A stretch of DNA of 62,557 nt, the filler included, from Bipalium vagum (Eukaryota): NCBI GenBank assembly GCA_037834085.1. It is 3 parts of 3 records of this genome, joined end to end, with 100 filler letters (N's around TTAATTAATTAA, not from the genome) between each part and the next. Parts side by side here need not be neighbours in the genome. Positions count along the whole stretch, not along the records: positions 29,852 to 46,532 come from JBBMKC010098382.1; positions 46,633 to 62,557 come from JBBMKC010137718.1; 1 more part is not named here. One strand, 5' to 3'. The translations under genes and the position numbers were made by a program. Shown piece after piece: positions 36,101-49,545 of this stretch (the first letter of the stretch is position 1; each line of letters starts with the position of its first letter). The notes under the pieces are model-generated. The model ran no database searches, was not told where the DNA came from, and saw only the letters and a program-made list of their open reading frames with translations.

Positions 36101-39100
36101 GTCAAAGAATGAAAGAGGTAAGACATGAGAAGGCTAGAAAAAAATGATATTAAATGAAATATGCTCAGATTTTTTGATTTTGTTTTCTCACTCAATTTTT
36201 GATGTTTTATTTTGCAGCTGGACAACAATGTCAATTTATTGTGCAACATCATCGATTGTGTGTCCAATTGGAGAAAGGATCGTTTTCGGGAAAACTTTGA
36301 CAAAGTCATTCTGATCCTGACCAAATTGATCAAAGAATCACCGATTGCCAGAATTCGAACTGCCTTGTTATATGTGAAATTGAGATCGGATACCGTTTTC
36401 TATCCGAAACTCTCGATTTGGTGTTTGAGAATCATGCTGCTGGACAGTGCGATTTTCAGTGACGATCTGATCGACAATTGGAAGCACAATGGAGACATGG
36501 AAAAATTAATGGAACTCATTCAACCCTGGATGTCCGAGAAACTCAGTGAATGTTCTGAGGAGCAAATTGATATAATCAATAAACAAATTTTGAGCAAAGT
36601 TAGTAAAATTAAAATAATTGATAACATTGGATAAAATTAATCGATAATAACAATAAAATTTTATTAATTGAAGTTGATTTTATAACAAAAATAATCTTAT
36701 TCTCTGACTATCTCAAACTTTTTCTATTTTTCATTTTCAGAATATGGATTTTTCATCATTTATTTATCTTACACCCGCTTTTTGTCAATTGTGCCAATCT
36801 ATTGTGGATATGGAGTGCAACAATGAAACTTGTGACAACAACAATTCTCAATGGTGGATTTATCTGAGCTGGATGGACATTGATTTATTGAGAAAGATTT
36901 TGGAATCTATCTATCGACAAATGTTAACTGGAAATGTCAACAAAATGCAAATATTCAATACTGAACTGTTACCTGTAAAAATCGATTTTTTCATAATTGA
37001 CATGATCATAATCACGCACATTTTTGATTTAGGTGCTCGTCAGAGTTATTCAAAATTCGGAAATTGCCGACACACAAACGCTGGTGGAAAAAATCGTTCT
37101 GGTGATGATGAAAATGTTCAACGAAGCTATAAACAACAGCCCCCATGCACAAAAAACAGACTCTGTTTGTGAGACGGTGACATCGAACGTGTTTGATTGG
37201 GTTTTGAGCTGCTTCATTTCCGACAATGTCCGAGCACGTCTCTTGGCACTGGAAGTAATGATCAATTGATACACAATGTCAAATTAAAAATTTTGCAGGT
37301 TCTCAAAATAACCATTGGAAAGTTTTCCGATAATCATAAATACCGTGATCGATTGACCGTGTATTTATGGATTGCCAGGCATGATACAAGCTCCGAAGTT
37401 ATGGAGAAGGCTGAAGAGTTAGTTCATTGAAATTTATCGATCTCACTGTTAATTAATAATCAATAATAACAATAAATAATGATAATCTATATATTAATTA
37501 ATAATAGTAAATAATGAATAATAATAAAATAAAACAATTATATTATAGTCTTTGGAATCGAATGAACCTATCAATCGACGAGGAGCTCGTGTTCAAGCTC
37601 CAGAAATTTGTTACACTTCCTCATGATCAGGTGATGATCGGAACAATCGCAGCAATCAAAGCACTCGTTAAACCAGACTCATATCCAGATCAGTTGGAGC
37701 CATTGGTGCGGAGTATCTTTTCGTTGTACGAAGATTTTGCTTATGTAAGTGGATTTCATTGTCAATATCTGATATTATCATTTCTCTTTCTCTCTCGGTG
37801 TTTCATGGTCCCGTTTTGTCTTACAGCTCAAGCCACCGGTCTGTGATGATTTCGGTCGAGTTTTGATTCCGTCTCCTCCCGATCAATGGCGTGCACGATT
37901 CGGATTGAGCAGAACATTAGTGGCTTTGTCGGAATTTATTCAAGAAGAAACACTGGTCCAAGATTTATTCAATTTTCTCATTCCCGGTGCTCTCAACGAC
38001 CGGCACCCTAGGCTGCGGGTCAGCATGCTCGAAACCGGCCAGAAAGTTATCGAATCGTCCGGAAAGGTGAGAAGGATTTTGGTTTTATCGATTTAATTAA
38101 TTTTTTATTAAATTTATTGATTTAAATATCGATTATTTTAACAAGTACCATTGTTTAATTTTTTTCATTGGTTTTTAATAATAATCGACTAATGAATTGA
38201 GATAATTATTGGTTTTCAAAAATTTTTCAGTTACTGATTTTAAAATATTCTTTTCGAATTTTATTTTATCGATCTTCAGTTTTTGATTGATTTTTCTCGT
38301 TTTACTGTTTCTAAAATATTTTTTTATCGATTGTAGACTCACATTAATATGCTGCTCGTGATTATGGAGGATTATTTGTTAAATGCTGAAAATGTCGCTG
38401 AAAACGACATCATTCGTCAATCGGTCGTCATTCTCATGGGATCATTGGCCAAACATCTCGACGCAACAGATGAAAGGTTCACGAATATTTTCCGAAAATT
38501 GATTGCCGCTCTCAATTTTCCGTCAGCCGATGTAATATTAATTAAAAATATTTATGATAATTTTAATAATAATAATTAATATTATTAATGTTTAAATAAT
38601 TAACATTTATAAATTAAAAAATAATTTTTATATTATCAATTAATAATATTAATCTAATTAATAGTATTCTAATTTTTAAAATTAATTAATTAAATTAAAA
38701 ATTATAATTGTTAATTGATAAATCAGTTCTAATATATTAGTTAAATAATAATAATTATTATTCTTAATGATAATTTTTAAATCTTTTATTATAAAATTGA
38801 TATGATAATAATAACGATCAGGTGCAACGAGCCGTCAGTGATACTTTTGATCCGTTAATGAAGGCGTTCAGTGAAGAAAAGCAATTGGAAATATGCAACA
38901 GTCTAATGCAAGTGTTGCTCAATTCTGACGTTGAGGCTGAACGAAAAGGTGCCGCTTACGGAATAGCCGGTATGATCAAAGCTATCGGAATAACGAAACT
39001 GAAGTCCTTTAAAATATACGACATGTTGATTGAGGCCATTCAAAACAAACAGAACGAAAAACATCGCGAAAGTAAAATCAATATTTAGCAGATTTTTTTA

Positions 39101-42100
39101 AAATCATTATTTATTCGTCGTAACAGTTGCCTTGTTTACGTTTGAACAAATCAGCGCTAAAATGAACAAAATGTTCGAAGCTTATGTGCCGGGTATTCTG
39201 AAATATCTCCAGGAATCGTTTGCCGATCAAAGTAATCTTGTTCGACAAGTATGTACTTTTAAGTTTATTTTTCAATAAATCAATGGAATAATACTTGTTT
39301 TATAGACAGCAGACAGAACGGCAAAAATGCTCATGAGCAACCTTTCCGCCCCCGGTGTCAAGCTCGTTCTCAATCCGCTGCTGGCTGGTCTCGATACAAA
39401 TCAATGGAGAACGAAAACAGGTTTTATATATTTATATATTCAATAATAATTGTTTATATATGAAAATAATCAATACTAAAATACAATAAAAATGATAATC
39501 GATAATTAATATATATATTCATTTTAAATCGTTTCTAGTGTCTGTTGAACTGCTTGGATCGATGGCCCATTGTGCTCCAAGACAATTGTCAAATTGTTTG
39601 CCGACAATTGTGCCGAAAATCTTATCCATATTGTCTGACTCACATCCAAATGTTATCAAAGCAGGTCGCCAGGCTCTGAGAGAAATTGGCTCGGTAATCA
39701 GTAACAAAGAAGTGCAAGGTAGCGTGTTTGTTTTTCGATTGATGATCGATTGATAATTCCATTTCATGATTGATTTCTTTGGACTTGTAGTTATCGTTCC
39801 GATTTTGATCGATGCTCTTTGTGAACCGAACAAGAAGACCAATGAAGGGTTGACAGCATTAATCGATACGAAGTTCATCCATCAGGTCGACGCTGCCAGT
39901 TTAGCACTCATCATGTCAATGGTGGCCCGATCTTTCAAAGAACGTCGTAGTGACACGAAACGAAAAGCAGCGCAAATTATCGGAAATCTTCATTCGTTAA
40001 CGGATGACAAGGTCAGTTACACAGAAAGAAATCAATAATAGATAGTTTCTTATTTTATATTTCTTCAGGATTTGCAACCATATTGTAGCAGTCTGTTTCC
40101 TGGCTTGAAAAGTTGTCTGGTTGATCCAGATCCCGGAGTGCGTGCTGTTGCTAGTAAAGCGCTGGGAACCATTGCCAAGGTGATGAAACCGGATGTGTAC
40201 GAAGAGTTGATGTGCTGGCTCATGGAAACGTTGAAAGACGAAACGAGTGGTGTCAATCGATCTGGTGCTGCACAGGGACTGAGTGAAGTGCTTGTCCATA
40301 AAGGCATCGGTCATTTGGATAAGTTTATGCCCGACATTCTGGAGAACAGTCGCAACCAAAAACTGTTGGCACACGTTCGTGACGGTTATTTAATGTTATA
40401 CATTTACTTGCCGAGACTGTTCCAAGATCAATTCGCTGGTTACGTGGAATTGATTTTACCACCGATTCTTCAGGTTTGATTTTGGTTTTTTCTAGTAACA
40501 ATCGATAATATCAATCGAAAATGAAAATCAATTATAAATAGAAGAATTATATAATTAGAATTCTATAATTAAAAGAATTATATACTTATTTTTTTTACTT
40601 AAGGCGTTATCCGATGAAGTGGAATTTATTCGAGAAACGGCACTCAATGCTGGACAGGGAATCATCGAAATTTACTCTCATATCGCAATCGATACGATGC
40701 TACCGAATTTGGAATTGGGCTTGTTCGATCCCAATTGGCGTATCCGATATTCCAGTATTCGATTGTTGGCCGAATTGTTTTTCAAGTTGACCGGAATCAG
40801 TGGCAAAGGAACAACATCGGGTGGCGGCGAAGACGAATCCTTCGCGCAGAGCAGCTCACAGGACATTTTAGTCGACAATCTGGGCCAGGATACATACATG
40901 CGAGTGCTGGCCAAGATTTACATCTGCCGAATGGACATTGCTTTATTGGTGAAACAGGCCGCCACACACATTTGGAAATTGATGGTCGTCAATACGGCTC
41001 GGTGCTTGCGCTGGATCATGAAGGACTTGATGGATATTATTCTCGATTGCATGGCCGACACAAATGTCGACAGTCGGATTATGTGCACGAAAACATTGGG
41101 AGACGTCGTGAAAAAGTTGGGCGAGCGCATTCTGCCAGACATTTTTGGTCATTTGGAAGCCGGACTTGACAAGTGCCAGTCCGCCGGTGAGAATATTGGA
41201 ATTTGTACGGCGATCAGTGAAATTTTGAAAGCAAGTCCCCGCGATCAGGTAAGACCCACTTTGATATTATTTTTTTCATATGATAATATAAATCAATAAT
41301 AATAACAGTGTTATAAATTAATCAATAATAGTTTTATAAATAATAATAAAATCTATTGACATCTATATTAATATGGACAGATCGTTAATTACATGGACAA
41401 AATTCTCCCAACTTTCAAAAATTGTATGATCAATGAAGACATTCAAGTTAGAGAGATGGCTGGAGAAATCTTTGAACTGTTGCATTCTGTTGTGGGAGTG
41501 AAAATTGTCGACATTGTCATTCCGGATTTGGTTGATAAATTAGAAGATCCAGTCGAATCTGACAATGCATTAAACGGCCTGTGCACTCTGGTTTCATTCA
41601 AAGGTCGAATCGTAATCCCATCACTCATTCCCAAGGTAAAGATTTATAAAAACGTTCATGTTTATTGATCTCGTTTCATTTCTGTCGCTGTTTTAGCTCA
41701 CTCATCCTACAGTGAACACGAAAGCATTTTCCAAGTTGGCAAAAGTGGCCGGCGACATTTTGGCACGCCATATCGTCACCGTGTTGCCGGCATTGTTGCA
41801 AGCTTTGACCAATGTCATTGGTGACAGAGAGACTGAGACTGAGGAGGTGAACAACTGCTGCGAAGTGATACTGGCCATGGATGATCCCCAGGTGACCCAG
41901 ATTATTCTCAAAGACCTGACTGCAGCCGTTACCAATCACAAATCGACTAATGAGGTGGTTGCAGCTCTGAAAATAATGACTCAATATGTCAAGTGTACTG
42001 GGTCCGAATCCCTGGTCACCAACAAGTCGTTGATGAGTTACATCCCGTTGATCATCCGTTCCGTTGTCAAACTATTTTTGTCCGATAACCAAATGATATT

Positions 42101-44170
42101 GGAATCGTCTTTCGATTGCGTTGCTCAAGTAATTACGACTCTGGACCAGAATAATACGGAATTTGTACGCGACGTTCGTGATTCGGTCTTGATGGTAATC
42201 CGCGAGAAATCAAGATCGATTTCTGCACTATCCTCTAGCTCCTCAAACCCATCGTCGTTATCACTGTCTTTGTCACCTTCATCATTAGCAACGGACAATG
42301 AATTGCTAATCCCGGCTTTCTGCTTAGTCGACAAAGGAATTGGCCCCTTTATCGAGCTGTACCGAGAGGCACTAGTCAATGGTCGCGCTGAACTGAAAGA
42401 GGTTGCGGCCAGTGCTACAGATGATTTGATTTCCGTTACCGATACAGTTGTTTTGGCGAAGGCAGCGGTTAAAATCACCGGATTATTGATCCGGTCGATG
42501 ACAGAACGACACAGTTCCACAACGAAAGGATTTATTGTCTCGTCATTGGGAAAATTAATTGTTAAAGTGAGTTGTTTCGTATTGATTTGAGTTCATCGTT
42601 TTTGTTTATCTCTTCCTAACAGTGTCCTGGTCAAATTAAAATGTTCGCTCCTCAAATGCAGACGATTTTCGTCAAATGTCTCTCTGATCCAAGCCAACAG
42701 TTGCGCTACAAATCAGCAATTGCACAATCGAAACTGGCCGTAATCATTGGCAAGCCGGATCAATTTTTCTTAGAAATGGTCAATCGAGAATTTGGCGAAG
42801 AGAGCAGTCAATACAAGTAAAGCTCTATATATTATTGAAATAATCATTTTATTAATTATTTTTTTTATTATCACTATTACTTGTAATAATATTTTCATTA
42901 CAAAATAAATAATTAATTTGTCCTAAGATTAACGGGAATGGAAGCAGTTCGGTTCTCGTTGGAAAGCGCAGGGTCGCGTGTATCAACCGAATCTCTGAAG
43001 ATCATAATCGATGTTTTCAAATCGAAAATCGGTGACAAAGACGACCATTCACGAATCGGTGCAGCAACATGCATGGGTATCGCTCTGTCCCATTTGACGG
43101 ACGATGACACAATAAGCAACGAGATCGTCTCCGTGTTCCGTAAAAGTAATCAATATCTTTTTTCATTTATTTCCAAATTTTAATCTCTATTCCTCTCACT
43201 CTTCCATTACACCTACCTCTTCCTCCCGTCCAGATACAAGTGTACTCAACTGTCACAGCTTGGCCGTTTGCCTCATCACTCTTTTAAAATCGGCTTCATC
43301 GAAAATATTCGCTCCCCAATGTCCAATAGATGTTACCGATTCCGTAACCAAAGCACTAAACGAATTTTGTCTTAGCAATAAAGTTTTCATTGCAACGGCC
43401 GGTTATCGGGCTTTGGGATTTGCATTATCCTACCTGATTAGAGTTCGAGACACAGAGCGGGTCGCGACACTATTACCATTGTTACAAAATGTAAGTGGAA
43501 AACAGTTAATCAATAATAATATTATATATAAATCAGTAACAATTGCAATTTTCAATATAATAAGAAAAACCAATAATTTCTATAATCAATTAATTAATTG
43601 ACTATTAATTAAAATCCATTTAATAATAATTCTAATCTAAGTTTGACAATATTGATCGATATTTTCTCTTAATTTTTGGATTTTAGGGAATGAAAAACTC
43701 TTCGATGGAAATCAACGAATTGATGATCGATATTTGTGGATTTTTGGCCTGGAACGACGAACATGGGTCGAACGTCGATTTGTACTGTAAATCCGTTTTG
43801 GCCGTTCTCATCAATGGATATCGAGCCAAAGAAAACCAACTGCGAATCAACAGTGAACGACGCATCATCGATTTGGTGCACATGTCATTGAATTTGAGGA
43901 AGAAAATTGTCGCCCAGCAATCGTCGTCCAATGGTGATGTGATCGATGAAACAGTTTATAAAGTAATGATTCTTTAATTATCGATTTATTGATTTTTCTT
44001 TTGCTTTGTCCTTGTAGGCTTGTTGTGAGAATGTGGAGCACAGCACGAAATCAGCCTTGCAGGAGATCGTGATTAGATTCAAAAAGAGTCTTTTGTCTGG
44101 AACGAAAGAAAATCCGACTCTCTGCCCGGAATTGGATAACACTTACAATAAAATAATAAATAATGATTAA
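33129..44170 (+). CDS. GCN1: GCN1, eIF2-alpha kinase GCN2 activator (HEAT-repeat protein), ~24 exons
   Basis: Diagnostic motifs in the correct order: KRENKLYSYKDQ, LNDRHP, RQSVVILMGSLAKHLD, AERKGAAYGIAG, WRTK..SVELLGSMAHCAPRQLSNCLPTIVPK, DAASLALIM, LVDPDPGVRAVASKALG, RSGAAQGLSEV, HVRDGY, LFDPNWRIRYSS. Exon 1 (33129-33210) splices in frame to 33258-35691. The last exon 44018-44170 ends in TAA. Confidence 0.96.
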
Positions 44171-46231
44171 ATATCAATACTGAGATATTTTTTAATAAAT
44201 AAATTGGTTTTGTCTTTCTTCTTATTTTTTTAATAATATATGAGAATGTAGAGATTGTATTATCAAAATTAATGTTTTCTATAAAATAAAATTAAGGAAT
44301 AATCAGTATTGAAAAACTGTAAAAAGAGAAGTCACCTCGGGTCAGATAGTAATATAAATTTAATATCCGAAGTGATTTTTAAGGGAAAGAATATCCAAAA
44401 TTGTTCATTAAATCAATTAAGATTTTAAAATTTTAATTAATGTTAAGTATTGAAATTAAATGAAAACTCAGAATTCTTAAAAATATAATTTAAAAATAAT
44501 AGTGTAACTATTTTTGAATGTATATAAAGAAATCGTTTCCTGAAGCAGATCATTAGTCTTAATCAAACCTGACTGAAATTAATGTTGATGAAATAAACCA
44601 AAATTTAGGTTTCTTATTTTCCAAGTTACAAAGAATAAGAATTTCCAGAGTCTAGATATAATTTTAAATATCAGAACTGTACAAACAGATTGAAATTTGC
44701 AACAAATCATAAAGAAAAATTTTCTTATGGGATCACTAAAAAGAAATAAATATTTATTGTGGGAGGCTCCACAAGTTTTATTGTCGAACTGATTATTTTT
44801 TCATTAACACCAGCCATTAGTGATGAGAAAGATATCAACTAAAAGTTTGATTTCTTACTACTCGTTATAAATTTAACAAGTACAAGTATATCTGTATCAA
44901 ACTCCAATATATTCAGCTGTTAGGCAAAAAATGTCGGATACCATACAGTGTTAAGGAAAATATATTCGTCCAATTAAAGAACACATAAATGAACCGGACA
45001 TAGCACAGATGAAGCCTATTTTTCTAGGTCCTCGTAGTTTCAATGATTAACGGATGACAGAGTTATTCACAATATGGTTCAATTCTACTTATAAAATTGG
45101 AATACAGGCAAGATAACACCAGTATTTACAAATACTCAGTTCTTTGAAGGGCAAAAATCTTTTTTCAGTTATTAAGTTATAACCAAAAATCTGAGACAAA
45201 AATTAATAAAATGGAAATCTTAACATGAAAAGAAAAAAAATGAATGAGAAAAAAGAAGCAACCCCAGCCCTTGTCAAAATTTTCAGTAACTAACATAAGG
45301 AATTGACAGAGACTACATTAAAACCAAGAATTTGGACTTGTTCATTTCAAAAAAATAAAGATAAAAAGTCCAAGAGAAAGTAAAAACCATAAAAGTAACC
45401 AAATCCATTTACACCCAAAAAATGATTTTAAATTTTACAAGAAGTTCAGGAAAAGAAATCAAAAATTTTCGATTACATGGGAGCCTTGCGTAATTTTTAT
45501 AAAAAATTATATATCATTAGTTAAATTTATAAAAATTATATATATATAAATATGCTAGGATCTATAGAAAAGAGGTCTCAGCATTCTCTACACCCGTGAA
45601 CAATCCAAAAACAGAAATCACGAAGGAGCCGGAACCACAACAAACCAACTAAGAGCTGATGGACAATGATTGCCACAGCTCCTTATTGACATGTAAAAAT
45701 TTATTAATTTTTGTGAATTTGCATGAAAAAACCTTGTTAGGCTTACTTTCCTTTTATTATGGACCTCTTGTGTAATTTTATGTGTTATTTTATATTTTAT
45801 AAAAAATAATAATATTTAAATTATACATTCGTTTTTAATAAATACAAATAAATATAATAATAATATAAATTGTGAGTTGAAATTAATTTAAACTGAACTC
45901 ACAAAATTGGTAAAAATAATTAAAATGAATAATAATGATTCAGAAAATAAAACTTACTAAAATACATTAATAAGATTACATATTAATGTATGTGGGTGGA
46001 TATATTTAGTAAGTTGTATAATATAAGAACTTTCCTAAAAAAGCAAAAACCCACATATTACTCTATTAATGGAAAGTTTTATTTTAACAAATCAAGAGAT
46101 CAAAGAATGTGAAAATCAAGAGTATATAAGCCCTTGGTTTTCTCATTCCATTCGCAATTAACTTCGCATCGAGAAGTTAAGCTGGAAATAATAAAAGGTA
46201 ATCATAAATACGCTTCGGCTATTTAAAAACA

Positions 46232-46532
46232 TGTTAAGATCCTAAGTTGATAGATAGTAAGGATGTTAAAGGTCGGAGCGTGTATATGACTTAGGTCTCA
46301 ACGGTTGAAGGTTGCTTTTGTGCGTGTTCGTCTTTAATTAAAATTCACTGAGAAAACAAATTTTTAATTCAATACTTTTATTTAAATCGATATCAAAGTA
46401 CAGTGAATGAGACAATTCTGACCGATTTACTTTTTCAATATCAAAAATGATTTTGTTAATTATATTTATTAATTATAAAAATCCTCTCGCTCTTAGGCTC
46501 AGAGGTCCTCGATAAAGAAAAACAAGTGTATT
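46232..46532 (-). mobile_element. Family-A LTR end (truncated by gap)
   Basis: TGTTAAGATCCTAAG..CTTAGGTCTCAACGGTTGAAGGTTGC..CCTCTCGCTCTTAGGCTCAGAGGTCCTCGATA matches the copies starting at 8026 and 16881. Confidence 0.85.
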
Positions 46533-46632
46533 NNNNNNNNNNNNNNNNNNNNNNNNNNNNNNNNNNNNNNNNNNNNTTAATTAATTAANNNNNNNNNNNN
46601 NNNNNNNNNNNNNNNNNNNNNNNNNNNNNNNN
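46533..46632. other. Artificial contig linker (N44-TTAATTAATTAA-N44)
   Basis: Same design as 29752-29851. Confidence 0.97.
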
Positions 46633-47191
46633 AATATCTTTAAATCTATTAAACATTGTCATATTTCTACTTCAGTGATAGTTAACATGATTGTGCTCTT
46701 TCCAATTTTGTTTTATTCAAAACATTTTTTTGTGCTAATTTGTGCACCTTATTTTTCAGCCATCACCCACAACCCAACCCTTTGAAGATATCAAAAATCT
46801 GATTTCACAGATCTATTCAGCATAGTCAAAAACATCTCCCATCAAACCTTCAAAATTTCAACAAAACCTTCATCAGAGACTTTTAAAGGTTTAAAAAGGC
46901 TTCAAATTTTATTCAACATTTAATTTGCAATATCTTTTGAACCAATTATTGAAATTTAATGGTTTATTCATCAAATTAAAGCTTTTATCTTCCACTATTT
47001 GTTAAACATATATAGTGCTTTCTTATAAAGGTTTAAGACCCTTCAAGATATTCAACCCTTTATAACTTTTGATCTAATTAACCGATTTTGATGTTCTATA
47101 TATAGAATTAAAGGTAATCAGATTCTCTATCATATTACATATGTTTTAAGGAAAATAAGACAAAAATAAAATTTAAATTTTTCTTTATAAA

Positions 47192-47577
47192 ATGATTGAA
47201 GTAACTGAAGAAAAATTACAAAAAATTATTGAAATAGAAGCAAAAGATGCACAAAAAATAGATTTAGAAAAAAAGAAGTTAGAAAGGAAATTGAAAAACT
47301 GAAATAGAGCGAAGCTCTCCACATCAAAGGTGTACCAAAAGAAGAGACATCTGGTGCGGGATTGTATTATGACCCACCTAAAGGTTGCGGACTTATGTAC
47401 TACCCTTATTTTGAAAAGGGGTTGAGAGATTCAATTTTAAATAGTATAGAATATAAAAATATAGATAAATCTGAAAGAAAAGATTAGAAAGAATTATTAA
47501 AAAAAATATGTAAAGATAAAATTAAAATTACTAAACAAGGACATGGTCTATTTCTTGAACCTTACAAAAAAGATTAA
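47192..47577 (+). pseudogene. Small Polinton-type protein with repeated GxGL motifs
   Basis: SGAGLYYDP, KGCGLMYYPY and the terminal QGHGLFLEPY resemble the GxGL(Y/F)L.PY motif of small Polinton proteins. Has stops and a frameshift. Confidence 0.5.
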
Positions 47578-47635
47578 ATTTTATTATTATTAATTAATAT
47601 TGTTTTATTTTTTATTTTTTTAATATTGTTTAAAA

Positions 47636-48690
47636 ATGGTAAAATTAACTTGTTCAAAAAATGATGATAAGTTTATAATTGTTGAGGAAATTTTTTGTGA
47701 AAGGTGTGAAGATATCCATACTGAAAATTGTGAGATCTGTGATTTAATTCATTGTCCATTTGAACAATGTAATATCTTTCTCACAACTTTGTACAATTGT
47801 GATTTAGGAAATACAAAGGCAGAATTTGATAAATTACATGAATTGAAAATGAAAAATAAATTTAAAGATAATAAAGATAATATTTTTTCAAAATTTTTTT
47901 TCAAAAATGTCTCGATTTAAGATTGTTAAAACAATTTTTAATTTAACAAATATTTGATATAATTTGTTGAAACACAAACAATGGCTAAATGAATTTAAAG
48001 ATTCAAATATTAAAAATTTTAAAATGGTTGAAAATGTAATCATAAAACAAAAGAAAATGAAAACCTTCATAATTTAATAAATAATATTAAAATTAAATTT
48101 AAAAACATTTTCGCAGTTGATGATTATAAAAACATGTGTGAAAAAATTACACCTAAAGTTTGTTGGTATTCTTATTGGAAATCTTCAACAATAGATTCTA
48201 AAAATTCTAAAAACTTAGAAATCAAAATATCCAAGTTAGGGTATTTGGTTGGAGATAAAACTTTATTATTATTTACAATAATATTAGTTGCAGACAAAAA
48301 TGAATACACCAACAAAAACATTGTAGATTTTGGAACAACAAATAATTATCATGTTTTAGGTTGGTATAATACTTATAGGAATTACTTTATGGTTTACAGA
48401 AAATATATGCTAAAAGTTATAAAGGAATAGATATAATATTTTTACGATATACGATCATGAAACAACAAGAATCACTTACAAGATATTACTTTGATTATAA
48501 TTCCGAAGAAAACTATTCAAGTGAATGTAGAGAAAAAAATAGTAATATTAAATTTAAAATTTTTTCAAGAGATATAAAAGTTTATGAAACTCTATTTTTT
48601 CATCGTTATGTTAAAGATAATGAATTAAAAGAAATAGAAATTTTTATAAAATCTTTTTATCCTAATATTAACTACAAAGTAGCTTTCTGA
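47636..48690 (+). pseudogene. Unknown Polinton-borne gene(s), Cys-rich N-terminus, broken into 3 ORFs
   Basis: Consecutive same-strand ORFs (94, 98 and 77 aa); CERCEDIHTENCEICDLIHCPFEQC. Confidence 0.4.
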
Positions 48691-48716
48691 TACTACATCT
48701 CTATCTTTTCTAAAGA

Positions 48717-49365
48717 ATGTTTCAAATTGATATTATAAAAATGGAGGTGAAAGAGAAAATAAAAATTTATGATACAGAAAAACGAAATGAAGTCGAGGTT
48801 TTTGGAACTGCCCCTATTTATCCTGTTTTACCAAATAAATTTATCTATTTAGATGATGAAAGTTATTCTAATCCATTGATTCAACTATTAGAAAAATTAA
48901 AAATTGAAAATTTTATTAATGAAAAAAGTTTTAGAGGATTTATTAAAACATTATAAAAAATTGAAATATAAATATACTTCTATAGAAGTATTTTTATTGG
49001 AGGAATTGTTGGAATTGGAACTGCTATTATGACAGGAATACCGACATTAGAAACTAGTTTATTAATTTATATTCCAGTTGCAACATCAATTTTTGGATCT
49101 GTACAATTATTTATTGGAGAAACAATTAGTATAGGAATTACTTAGAAAAGAAAAAAGATATATAGAGAAATTTGTGAAACAATAGAATCATCAATTAATA
49201 AAATTTATATATTATTTCAATTAAAAGCATTAGAAGATAAAATTTTAACTAATGATGAAGTTGAACAAGCAAAAATAATATTTACTGAATGTAAGGAAAA
49301 TATTAAAAAGATAAAAAAAGGAAATGTAATTGATAAACTTAATAAAGAAGTTAAAAAAAATTGAA
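48717..49365 (+). pseudogene. Polinton-type two-helix membrane protein
   Basis: TAPIYPVLP near the N-terminus. Hydrophobic segments IFIGGIVGIGTAIMTG and LLIYIPVATSIFGSVQLFIG follow, then SINKIY...KALEDKILTNDE (the KAL.D..I...E tail seen in Polinton membrane ORFs). Has stops and a frameshift. Confidence 0.55.
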
Positions 49366-49545
49366 AAATAAACTTAAAGAAGAATATAAAGAAAAGATAA
49401 AGAAATTATAATTTTTTATTTTATTCTCTAAAGTATTATAATCCTTACTTCCAAAATGTTTCTTCTTCTTCTACAATTTTCTTTATTTCACTAAAATTAT
49501 AAAATATAATTAATATAATTAAATTATAAAAATATAATGAATAAA

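Noticed and set aside
33541-43931. Many antisense and alternate-frame ORFs over GCN1, and the + ORF 19325-19798
   Set aside because: Shadows of GC-richer coding sequence; no independent motifs.
30227-46231. GCN1 captured inside a giant LTR element (family-A pieces in direct orientation on both sides)
   Set aside because: No PBS next to 46232 and no purine tract next to 30226, and the gene retains its introns. Two independent solo LTRs is the simpler explanation.
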